Positions 1 through 7,218 of a DNA stretch of 40,941 nt are shown here, one piece after another. The stretch's first letter is position 1. Each line of letters begins with the position of its first letter. A program made the translations under genes and the position numbers. A model generated the notes under the pieces. That model was given only the letters and a program-made list of their open reading frames with translations. It had not been told where the DNA came from and ran no database searches. This DNA comes from a virus (taxonomy: Duplodnaviria > Caudoviricetes): positions 1 to 40,941 of the IMG/VR virus record IMGVR_UViG_3300028599_000010; one strand, given 5' to 3'.

Positions 1-124
1 TTCCGCGCCATTTTTATGTCAGCAGAAATAATCTGTCCGACTTCACGCCGGTCAATATATTTCTTAGTATCATCGTCATGTGGAATTAATGACTTATTGG
101 GCAGGACTCTAAAGAATGCTTTCA
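1..124. repeat. 124-bp direct repeat, copy 1 (identical to 40570-40693); terminal overlap indicating a circular or permuted genome
   Basis: Base-by-base identity from ttccgcgcca to aatgctttca; diverges at 125 vs 40694. Confidence 0.97.
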
Positions 125-772
125 AAATAATGACTCCTGCCTAGTTTCATTATTAAACCGTTCTTTTGCTGCGTTGTAATAATCTGTGTCTAGCTCACAA
201 CCTACAAAGTCACAGCCGAAATAATGCGCGGCTATTGCGCTAGAGCCTGAACCTAAATGAGTGTCGATTATTCTTTGGCCTGATTCAGCATAGTTTTTTA
301 ATAGCCATTGATATAATTTAACGGGTTTTTGTGTTGGGTGTATGCGCTTTTCTTTGTTTTTCATATCGCCCTGCAGCATTCCTGACCATTGAAAAGAGAA
401 TTTTCTGACTGCAGTCTTAAATGATGTATAAGCAAGCTCACAGTCGGCAAAATCACTTCCTCCGGTTAGCTTATCCCATACAATCCAGCAACTAGAGCCT
501 AAACCTATGTTTTGCATAAAATGATTAGCCCCCCAAATTATCTGATTCTTGCTGATTCTCTGTAATTCAATAAAATATTCTGGATCTGCGGGTTTCAAGT
601 CGTCACCATGAAATGATTTATAATCTTGAGCAATCGCTAATTTCCCCCGACTTGCATTTGTTTTACCGCTTTCTCCAATACCATAAGGAGGATCAACAAT
701 CGCTAAATCAAACTCATTATCCTTGCAGGTTTTCATATACGACATGCAGTCAATATTTAATAGCTCTATCAT
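122..772 (-). CDS. DNA N6-adenine/N4-cytosine methyltransferase (beta class)
   Basis: DPPY catalytic motif precedes HPTQKP and the DTHLGSGS SAM-binding motif. Confidence 0.93.
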   Translation of the reverse strand: MIELLNIDCMSYMKTCKDNEFDLAIVDPPYGIGESGKTNASRGKLAIAQDYKSFHGDDLKPADPEYFIELQRISKNQIIWGANHFMQNIGLGSSCWIVWDKLTGGSDFADCELAYTSFKTAVRKFSFQWSGMLQGDMKNKEKRIHPTQKPVKLYQWLLKNYAESGQRIIDTHLGSGSSAIAAHYFGCDFVGCELDTDYYNAAKERFNNETRQESLF

Positions 773-918
773 AATATCTCCATCTGATTATCATTATTGA
801 TAAACTCTATGACTCTTTCCTGTAGATATTCTAAATCACAAATCACGCCAGCCAGATCAGCTTTAGCGGCCAGCTTTGCAGCATCTTCTTTGCTTAATGT
901 GATTATGTATTCAATCAT
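769..918 (-). CDS. 49-aa hypothetical protein (MIEYIITLSKEDAAK...)
   Basis: Hand translation; ATGA overlaps with both neighbours. Confidence 0.7.
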   Translation of the reverse strand: MIEYIITLSKEDAAKLAAKADLAGVICDLEYLQERVIEFINNDNQMEIL

Positions 919-1055
919 ACTAGCGTCTCATCATTCAGGCTGGTTAATTTCTTGACGCGCTTCCTGACGCGTCTTGTCCAATCTCGATATACGATGTCTT
1001 TCTCTTTATCTTGAAGGATCTGATCAATCATTGTCTTGTCATGGTCGGTTAGCAT
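915..1055 (-). CDS. 46-aa hypothetical protein; short allele of the gene whose long C-terminus lies at 40691-40941
   Basis: Ends KLTSLNDETLV*, whereas the window end reads (K)LTSLDDEELNGH... in the same frame. Confidence 0.7.
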   Translation of the reverse strand: MLTDHDKTMIDQILQDKEKDIVYRDWTRRVRKRVKKLTSLNDETLV

Positions 1056-1057
1056 AA

Positions 1058-1273
1058 TTACCCCCAAGTATATAATTCGTCTTTCCAGTTTTTAGGTGGC
1101 TTACCCATGTAAAGACGCACAAACTCAAGACTAATATTTCCATAGTCTCCCCATTCGTTGGACGCATCGATATTATTTGGTTTCATATTAAAGCCGTAAC
1201 AGTCACCATTCTTATCAACCGCTATCCAATTAACCCAATCAGGTACTACTATATTAACGTTCATTGTATTCAT
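1058..1273 (-). CDS. hypothetical phage protein
   Basis: GGAGG RBS; PDWVNWIAVDKNG motif typical of small phage ORFs. Confidence 0.75.
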   Translation of the reverse strand: MNTMNVNIVVPDWVNWIAVDKNGDCYGFNMKPNNIDASNEWGDYGNISLEFVRLYMGKPPKNWKDELYTWG

Positions 1274-1287
1274 AAGTCCTCCAAAGA

Positions 1288-1482
1288 TTATTCAGCTTTA
1301 TAAACATGTAACTTGCCAATGTCACCAAGTTCTAACTCATGAGAGCATTGATGGCAAAGGGACGGATACCAATTTGCTTCTGTATCGTTGCTTGCCATTT
1401 CTTCTGCTTCCTCCTCGCTATCGGCTTCATAATCACCAATATGAACTGATACACCAACCTCTCCGTAAACGCTATATTTCAT
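1288..1482 (-). CDS. small acidic protein with CxxC
   Basis: ATGA overlap with upstream gene; CHQC. Confidence 0.7.
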   Translation of the reverse strand: MKYSVYGEVGVSVHIGDYEADSEEEAEEMASNDTEANWYPSLCHQCSHELELGDIGKLHVYKAE

Positions 1483-1757
1483 AATCTAACCCTCTTCTTT
1501 TTAATCTCTTTATTTTTATCTCTCAACCATGCTTTACCATTAGCAGTCAAAAAATAAACCGTCGGCACTCGTCCGCCAGCTCCCTCCGTTGGGAATTTTT
1601 TAGAATTAATTAACTTAGCCTTCATGTTCTCCGCGATAAGCTTGTTAAGCTCAACCATCTTTATTCTGAGCTGACTCAAGCCTCTACGGGTTAAGTCCCC
1701 CTTTTTTATCGGCGCGTGATTTTTCATCATTCTTATAAAGCGATATTTTAAACTCAT
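1479..1757 (-). CDS. winged-helix-like DNA-binding protein (start revised to MSLKYRF)
   Basis: GAGG RBS before ATG 1757; basic; VYFLTANGK wing motif resembling PadR/MarR-type wHTH. Confidence 0.6.
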   Translation of the reverse strand: MSLKYRFIRMMKNHAPIKKGDLTRRGLSQLRIKMVELNKLIAENMKAKLINSKKFPTEGAGGRVPTVYFLTANGKAWLRDKNKEIKKKRVRL

Positions 1758-1770
1758 TTTTAATTGCCTC

Positions 1771-1823
1771 TTGATTCTGCTGTTTGTTTGCACTATCATA
1801 TACCAAAAGCAAACGATAAACAA
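1771..1823. promoter_or_regulatory. overlapping divergent sigma70 promoters
   Basis: + strand TTGATT-N17-TATCAT (1771-1799); - strand TTGTTT-N17-TATGAT (1823-1795); imperfect inverted repeat tgtttgtttg/caaaagcaaac as a candidate operator. Confidence 0.65.
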
Positions 1824-1841
1824 GAAAAGGAAGGCGAATAA

Positions 1842-2075
1842 ATGAGTAACTTGAAGCAATTTAGGAAAGATGCCGGATTAACTTTGCAGGAGCTTAGTGA
1901 TATGTGCGGAAAATCAAAAGCGCACACATGGGAGCTTGAAAAAGAAACCGCAAACCCAACTTTAAAGACTGCTTATGCAATTGCTAAGATTTTAAATAAA
2001 ACTGTTTATGAATTATGGCCGGACACCACAGAAATTATAGAAGAAACAGTAATCATAAGAAGAGTTAAGAAATAA
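1842..2075 (+). CDS. XRE/Cro-family HTH regulator
   Basis: LKQFRKDAGLTLQELS...WELEKETANPTL HTH_3 pattern. Confidence 0.92.
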   Translation: MSNLKQFRKDAGLTLQELSDMCGKSKAHTWELEKETANPTLKTAYAIAKILNKTVYELWPDTTEIIEETVIIRRVKK

Positions 2076-2112
2076 TTATACAGACAAGAAATAATATATA
2101 GGAGAAGTAAAA

Positions 2113-2448
2113 ATGAATGATTTGAGCTTTGAGCAACAAATGATACAAGCCATACGAAACAAAGTTATATCAGAAATACATAAAACAGACTTTACAAGGC
2201 TTGAGTATGGTCAAAAAAAGGTGCTGCCAGATAGCTTTATAAATAAAGTGTGGGATGGTATTGACTGGGAAAAGGTAATCAAAGATACAAAGGAGGAAAT
2301 GCACAAGCGTATTTGTAATGCGGTAATTGGCAACATGGAGACTGAAATTAAAACAGACGTGAAAAGCATTCTTTCTATTGATGGGGTTCGCCAAAAATTA
2401 AGGGTTGAAGTTTATCCGGCAATTATGAAAATTCTGGATAATAAATAA
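2113..2448 (+). CDS. hypothetical protein
   Basis: AGGAG RBS, 111-aa ORF. Confidence 0.8.
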   Translation: MNDLSFEQQMIQAIRNKVISEIHKTDFTRLEYGQKKVLPDSFINKVWDGIDWEKVIKDTKEEMHKRICNAVIGNMETEIKTDVKSILSIDGVRQKLRVEVYPAIMKILDNK

Positions 2449-2487
2449 GAATCACACAGACAAGAAATAATATAGAGGAGAAGTAAA

Positions 2488-2757
2488 ATGAAATTAGTAT
2501 TATTAAAGAATATCAAGCATGGCTTTGAGTCAGTCATAATTGTTGATGATGATGATGATGACACCTATGGTATGGGTGATGATTACCTACAGATTAGCGA
2601 GGTAATTGACGCAGAGTTTCCAATGATTGAATTCGATATTAACGCCGCAAAAGTCAAGGCGATTGATAAAGAAATATCAAAGGCAGAAGCGGGTATTCAT
2701 TTGCTTAAGCGAACAAAAGCGGAGTTGCTATCTATTCCTGACATGAGTGACGAATGA
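2488..2757 (+). CDS. hypothetical acidic protein
   Basis: GAGGAG RBS, 89-aa ORF. Confidence 0.8.
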   Translation: MKLVLLKNIKHGFESVIIVDDDDDDTYGMGDDYLQISEVIDAEFPMIEFDINAAKVKAIDKEISKAEAGIHLLKRTKAELLSIPDMSDE

Positions 2758-2797
2758 GCCCTACAAATAACTAAGAATCACACATAGGAGAAGTAAA

Positions 2798-3493
2798 ATG
2801 ACACAAGATAAGATTATCAAGGTTCAGCCACAGTCACAGGGCGAATTAGTCAAGATTGATTATGTCGCGCTGGCAATTGAAAAAGGCGCAGACCTAGCAA
2901 CAATTGAAAAGTTCATGGATTTAAAAGAACGACAAGAAGCATCTGAGGCAAAGAAAGCCTATGTTGTGGCAATGGGTAAATTCAGAGCATCAGTACCAAC
3001 GATTGAGAGAACCAAAAAAGCGCACAATTCAAACTATGCAGGATTAGCGGAAACCATCGCGGAAATATCTGATTCAATGGTTCAATGTGGATTAAGCCAT
3101 TCATGGAAAACAGCACAGGATGAAACAAGTATTTCGGTGACTTGCTGTGTGACCCATATTTTAGGGCATCAAGAATGTACGACCCTGAGAGAGTTCCCTG
3201 ATAAGTCCGGCAGTAAAAATGCTATTCAGGCCATTGGGTCAACAGTGTCTTATCTTCAGAGATATACGTTATTCAGTATATTAGGTTTAGCTTCTAAAGA
3301 GGCTGACAATGACGGAAATGATCGCGTTTCATTTGAGCAAGCCGAAGAACTTGAAAAGCTCGCAGATGAAGCCGGAGTGGATAAGCCTAAATTCTTAGTC
3401 TACTTCCAAGCTGGCAGCTTTAACCATATTCCAGCAAAACAATATAAAAACGCATTGGCGGCAATTAAGGCAAAAACTAAGGTGAAAAAATGA
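2798..3493 (+). CDS. erf: ERF-family single-strand annealing protein
   Basis: YAGLAE motif, H..G, and QAIGSTVSYLQRYTLFSILGLAS...D.DGN signature. Confidence 0.92.
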   Translation: MTQDKIIKVQPQSQGELVKIDYVALAIEKGADLATIEKFMDLKERQEASEAKKAYVVAMGKFRASVPTIERTKKAHNSNYAGLAETIAEISDSMVQCGLSHSWKTAQDETSISVTCCVTHILGHQECTTLREFPDKSGSKNAIQAIGSTVSYLQRYTLFSILGLASKEADNDGNDRVSFEQAEELEKLADEAGVDKPKFLVYFQAGSFNHIPAKQYKNALAAIKAKTKVKK

Positions 3494-4122
3494 TTTATTC
3501 AGAAGAAGATTACCCGCAAGGTTCTGACGAATGGCAGGCAATACGAGCTGGCAAGGTCACAGCCTCAAAAATCACGGACATCATGGCGAAGCTGAAATCA
3601 GGTGCGCCTAGTGCGGGTCGGAAAACATACATGGGTCAATTGATAGCTGAGAGGCTCACAGGCGTTAAATCAGACAGCTTTAGCAACGCTGCCATGCAAT
3701 GGGGTGTAGAGACTGAGCCACAGGCTAGAGCGGCTTACGAATTTATTAACGATGTTGAGGTTAAGCGGTTCGCGTTTGTTGATCATTCGGTTATTGAGTG
3801 GGCTGGCATGTCCCCAGATGGAGAGGTTTGTGATGATGGCGGCCTTGAGATTAAATGCCCTAACACTGCGACACACATTGATTTCCTGATTACAAAGAAG
3901 ATACCTAAAAAATATATAGATCAAATGCAGTGGCAAATGGCCTGTAGACCGCAATGGAAGTGGGTTGATTATATGAGCTTTGACCCACGTATGCCCGAAC
4001 ACCTAAACAAATTAATTATCCGCGTTGATCGAGATAACGATTATATTAATGAAATGGAAATGGCGGTGGTTAGATTTAATAATGAAATTAACGAAAAATT
4101 AACAACACTGGAGAAGATGTAG
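3490..4122 (+). CDS. YqaJ/lambda-exonuclease family protein
   Basis: QGSDEW..R.GKVTAS, WG..EP.AR, SPDG, LEIKCP, QMQWQM motifs. Confidence 0.93.
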   Translation: MIYSEEDYPQGSDEWQAIRAGKVTASKITDIMAKLKSGAPSAGRKTYMGQLIAERLTGVKSDSFSNAAMQWGVETEPQARAAYEFINDVEVKRFAFVDHSVIEWAGMSPDGEVCDDGGLEIKCPNTATHIDFLITKKIPKKYIDQMQWQMACRPQWKWVDYMSFDPRMPEHLNKLIIRVDRDNDYINEMEMAVVRFNNEINEKLTTLEKM

Positions 4123-4153
4123 TATCGATGCATCTTAGATTAATTACTTAGGA

Positions 4154-4375
4154 ATGGAGAATAAAATGAAAAACACTCAACAAGAAATAGACCGCTTATT
4201 TAAAATCGCAGGCCATACAGTTCCAGGTTATCGCCAAATCATGAAGACCCTTAACGACATGATGGACAATGATGATTATGACCGCAGCTTAATTATTGAG
4301 GCTAATCACGAAGCGTATAGAAAGTGTCTTGCTTTGCGGTTCCGTCAGACAGATATGGCGTGGGGTGGGTTATGA
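4154..4375 (+). CDS. hypothetical protein
   Basis: RBS; coupled to next gene. Confidence 0.7.
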   Translation: MENKMKNTQQEIDRLFKIAGHTVPGYRQIMKTLNDMMDNDDYDRSLIIEANHEAYRKCLALRFRQTDMAWGGL

Positions 4376-4683
4376 AGCATACAGAATTACCTTGGCACGT
4401 AAGCCTTGGAAATAACAATTATGTTTGGGCTAAAGATTGCATTATAGCTAAATGTAACCCAGAGCAAGCGGAGATGTACAGGGAGAAATCTATTAAAGAG
4501 GACGAAGCAAACGCCGCCTTTATCGTTAAAGCAGTGAATAATCATTATCAATTAATTGAAACATTGCAGAATATCATTGCTGAAGGTGAAAATCATAGCG
4601 CCACTTCGGACACAATGAGTGATGCAATTATGGAAATGCGGCGAGCAGCAGCAGAAGCCATTAAACAAGCGGAGGAGTCATGA
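4372..4683 (+). CDS. hypothetical phage protein (start revised to MKHTELPW)
   Basis: MKHT..PW...EANAAFIVKAVN pattern common in phage early genes; ATGA overlap. Confidence 0.8.
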   Translation: MKHTELPWHVSLGNNNYVWAKDCIIAKCNPEQAEMYREKSIKEDEANAAFIVKAVNNHYQLIETLQNIIAEGENHSATSDTMSDAIMEMRRAAAEAIKQAEES

Positions 4684-4811
4684 AAGTTGAAACAACAGAA
4701 GAAGCAATCAAAAGATTGAACGACGCTATAAGAATATTAAACAAGGCTGGCAATCATTTTTTAGCAGACCAATTGGATGATGTAAGACAGTTTTTAGGGA
4801 AGGAGTTATGA
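4680..4811 (+). CDS. 43-aa hypothetical protein
   Basis: Hand translation; GGAGGAG RBS; ATGA overlaps. Confidence 0.65.
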   Translation: MKVETTEEAIKRLNDAIRILNKAGNHFLADQLDDVRQFLGKEL

Positions 4812-4975
4812 GATTCTGGAAAAAGAAACTCGTTAGTTATTTTTACTCGGGTGTAGACAGACACGGCAATCTATTCGAGGGGATAATCCATGATACCGAT
4901 GCTGAGCCTAAAGTATTAATGGATAACATTCTTAAAGACACTGGCGGTCATTTAACCGCGTTTAATCCGGTTTAG
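4808..4975 (+). CDS. 55-aa hypothetical protein
   Basis: Hand translation; AAGGAG RBS. Confidence 0.65.
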   Translation: MRFWKKKLVSYFYSGVDRHGNLFEGIIHDTDAEPKVLMDNILKDTGGHLTAFNPV

Positions 4976-4983
4976 GAGGAAGT

Positions 4984-5286
4984 ATGAAAACACTTAAAGA
5001 AAGAATAGCGATTGAGCAAGCAAAGCTCGACGGTGCAAATATTGAATGGATACAGCTTAATGGTTTATATAATGGATGGCGTGATTTTAACCCTGATCCT
5101 GATGCTATTTTTGCTTGGCATGACTGTGACTATCGCATAAAGCCAAAGCTTATGGAGTTCTGGGTGAATGTTTGGTCTGACAGGGAAACAAACTTATGCT
5201 GGGAATCTAAAGAGAATGCAGAAGCGGCCGCGCATGGTGTCCCTGGGTATATTAAATCAGTAAAATTCCGTGAGGTGATAGAATGA
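4984..5286 (+). CDS. hypothetical phage protein
   Basis: AGGAGG RBS; W...DYRIKP motif common in phage ORFs. Confidence 0.8.
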   Translation: MKTLKERIAIEQAKLDGANIEWIQLNGLYNGWRDFNPDPDAIFAWHDCDYRIKPKLMEFWVNVWSDRETNLCWESKENAEAAAHGVPGYIKSVKFREVIE

Positions 5287-5468
5287 GTGTATATCAATGT
5301 TCATACTGTAAAGAAATGAAAGACTCAGATCGTGACGGCTGCGAATACGATCCGACAAATCCAAGTAAGTTAGTCGATGCTGAATGTGCGCAAGAAATAA
5401 CGGAAAGGATGGAAGAGATAGAAAAACCGATGAAAGCGGCTGGATTGAAAGGGGGGGATTTCTTGTGA
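5283..5468 (+). CDS. small Cys-containing protein
   Basis: GAGG RBS, ATGA overlap. Confidence 0.65.
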   Translation: MSVYQCSYCKEMKDSDRDGCEYDPTNPSKLVDAECAQEITERMEEIEKPMKAAGLKGGDFL

Positions 5469-5672
5469 GTGAAAAGAGGGGGATTTTTTATGAGTGAAGA
5501 GACGGCAGCATTTTTAGCTAAGCACAGAAGCAGGATGGGTAAGCATTATCAGAATTTAGGTAATTTCCTTGTTCATAAGTTTTATACAAATAAAGCAGAT
5601 GAGTTTGATTTTGAAATAATGGAAATATTAAAACAGAAGATTGAGTCTCAAATAAAGAAGGTGAATAATTAA
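5469..5672 (+). CDS. hypothetical protein
   Basis: ORF within operon. Confidence 0.6.
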   Translation: MKRGGFFMSEETAAFLAKHRSRMGKHYQNLGNFLVHKFYTNKADEFDFEIMEILKQKIESQIKKVNN

Positions 5673-5682
5673 CGGAGGACGT

Positions 5683-5913
5683 ATGAGTGAATTAAACGCA
5701 CAAGAACTAATTGACCTAACTAATTACAGAATAAAGAATCTTAAGAAAATTGAGCATCGAGAATTTTTAGAAGCGCTGGCATCTGATTCAAAGATGGAAG
5801 AAGTCATAATTGACGCCGCAAGGAATGGCACTGATGAATCTTATGGTGTGCTAATGAAAAAGTGGATGTATAAATACTTTGAAGTTGATATTGAAACTCA
5901 TGGGGGGTTGTGA
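5683..5913 (+). CDS. hypothetical protein
   Basis: GGAGG RBS. Confidence 0.75.
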   Translation: MSELNAQELIDLTNYRIKNLKKIEHREFLEALASDSKMEEVIIDAARNGTDESYGVLMKKWMYKYFEVDIETHGGL

Positions 5914-5986
5914 TGGCTAAGTTTGAGATAGGTGAAGTTGTTGTAATTAAATCAATTAACTGTCCTGCTCTAAAAAGAGGTGATTC

Positions 5987-6181
5987 ATGACTTTTGAAGA
6001 GTGGTACAGCAACGCATATAGCCTTAAGGCTCGTATGGATAATTCTGAAAATAAAGAGTGGGAAATAGCAGCATGGAACGCCGCACTTGATGAGGCCGTG
6101 AAGGTTGTTAATTCTTGGAGATACGAGGTTGAAGATGTTGTTGAAGTAACTAGAGCAATCAAGGAGCTAAAGGATGACTGA
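5987..6181 (+). CDS. hypothetical protein
   Basis: GAGG RBS; MTFEEW...AAWNAAL pattern. Confidence 0.75.
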   Translation: MTFEEWYSNAYSLKARMDNSENKEWEIAAWNAALDEAVKVVNSWRYEVEDVVEVTRAIKELKDD

Positions 6182-6293
6182 AGAATTAAAGCCGTGTCCG
6201 TTTTGTGGTGGTGAGGCCGAATTAACTTTTGCCCTCGTGTTCCATACTTTGATTGCTTGCAGAATTACCTTGGCCGCTAAGGCGACAAGCTGA
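6174..6293 (+). pseudogene. Lar-family restriction-alleviation gene remnant
   Basis: MTEELKPCPFCGGEA N-terminus; second CxxC missing; Lar-like C-terminus QAIKVWNTRA lies on the opposite strand. Confidence 0.65.
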
Positions 6294-6297
6294 TTAA

Positions 6298-6540
6298 ATG
6301 AAAACCTGCAAAAAATGTAAGGTAGAAATGCCCCCTATCCGTGGTTATACAGGGTATGCAAAGGAAGGATATTGTATGTCCTGTTTGAAGGTCCACAACA
6401 AGGAGAAGCGGGACGCACCAGAACGTAAATGTAAAGGAAAATGTGGGCAGGTTAAAAAAGCAGAAGAGTTTCATTGGAAGTATAAAGATTATTCCAGGCA
6501 GGCTATTTGTATTCTGTGTAAAAGAGAAGCGAGGAAATAA
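6298..6540 (+). CDS. Cys-rich zinc-finger-like protein
   Basis: CKKC, CMSC, CKGKC, CILC; basic. Confidence 0.65.
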   Translation: MKTCKKCKVEMPPIRGYTGYAKEGYCMSCLKVHNKEKRDAPERKCKGKCGQVKKAEEFHWKYKDYSRQAICILCKREARK

Positions 6541-6572
6541 AAAAGCCGGTACAGACTGGAGGCCATACCGGC
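6536..6572 (-). terminator. intrinsic terminator downstream of the tRNA
   Basis: GCCGGTA/TACCGGC stem followed by a T-tract on the - strand. Confidence 0.7.
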
Positions 6573-6591
6573 AAGGTCCAACTATAGGAGT

Positions 6592-6668
6592 TGGAAGCAA
6601 TCGGTGAGAATCGAACTCACATTGTCAGGTTATGAGCCTGAGCTGGGGCCACTCCAGTCCACGTTGCT
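6592..6668 (-). tRNA. tRNA-Met(CAT)-like, encoded CCA, atypical D-arm and bulged acceptor stem
   Basis: Anticodon arm TCAGG-CTCATAA-CCTGA; T-arm GTGAG-TTCGATT-CTCAC; acceptor AGCAACG/CG(A)TTGCT-T-CCA. Confidence 0.88.
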
Positions 6669-6695
6669 GAATACAAATATAGCATAGAGAACGCA

Positions 6696-6800
6696 AATAA
6701 AAAACCCCCAATGAAGGGGGTTGCTATCTTAATTGTTATTGAAAACAATATAGGATAAGATAGATTTATCTAGTGGAAGCTGTGCGAGGCGGACTAGATG
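6696..6800 (-). ncRNA. putative ~100-nt sRNA (two hairpins plus terminator)
   Basis: Upstream promoter; stems ATCTAGT/ACTAGAT and CTATCTTA..ATTGTT/AACAAT..TAAGATAG; AACCCCC/GGGGGTT followed by a T-tract. Confidence 0.7.
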
Positions 6801-6805
6801 GGAAG

Positions 6806-6836
6806 ATTATAACATAATACTTTCTATCAATGTCAA
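6806..6836 (-). promoter_or_regulatory. sigma70 promoter for the sRNA/tRNA
   Basis: TTGACA-N19-TATAAT with extended -10 TG. Confidence 0.7.
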
Positions 6837-6865
6837 TACTTTTTACTCCCTCAATACTTTTTACT
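6833..6865 (+). repeat. 15-bp direct repeat TCAATACTTTTTACT x2 (period 18)
   Basis: Copies at 6833-6847 and 6851-6865; partial AATACTTT at 6816. Confidence 0.85.
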
Positions 6866-6925
6866 AGATCGTGATTATCGCGTGTATTTGTGCGCGCTGA
6901 ATAAATTAAATTTGAGGAGAAGATT

Positions 6926-7210
6926 GTGAGTGACGAAAAAGAGATTCAAGATATTATAGATAAATTTGGTGTTAACCCTAATTCTGTCGGCAATAGGCCG
7001 CGTAGTTTTTGGATTATAGATAAAATTGAAGATGAAGAAGAGTATGGAAATGCTCAAATAGGAGATTTATGCGTAAAAACTCGTGATGGTGCAAGCAATC
7101 CAATAGATCCAGAGGCTTTTAAAATCGGAAATTGTGTCGGCAGCTCAGAAGATGGCTTTGATTGCACATATAGATATTATTATTACAAAGCTTTGGATAA
7201 AGCTGAATGA
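6926..7210 (+). CDS. hypothetical acidic protein
   Basis: GAGGAG RBS before GTG. Confidence 0.75.
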   Translation: MSDEKEIQDIIDKFGVNPNSVGNRPRSFWIIDKIEDEEEYGNAQIGDLCVKTRDGASNPIDPEAFKIGNCVGSSEDGFDCTYRYYYYKALDKAE

Positions 7211-7218
7211 TAGCTTAT

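Larger units (their letters stand above)
2080..2801 (+). repeat. gene-junction repeats with RBS (2080-2117, 2446-2492, 2772-2801)
   Basis: acagacaagaaataatata-x-aggagaagtaaaatga and taagaatcacaca recur before three consecutive start codons. Confidence 0.85.

Noticed and set aside
2543-2563. (GAT)n run
   Set aside because: Simple poly-Asp microsatellite within a CDS
6277-6600. 107-aa minus-strand ORF
   Set aside because: Overlaps the tRNA 3' end, its terminator and the Zn-finger gene
6592-6668. tRNA as an attachment site of a prophage
   Set aside because: No duplicated 3' fragment, no integrase and no host genes in the window
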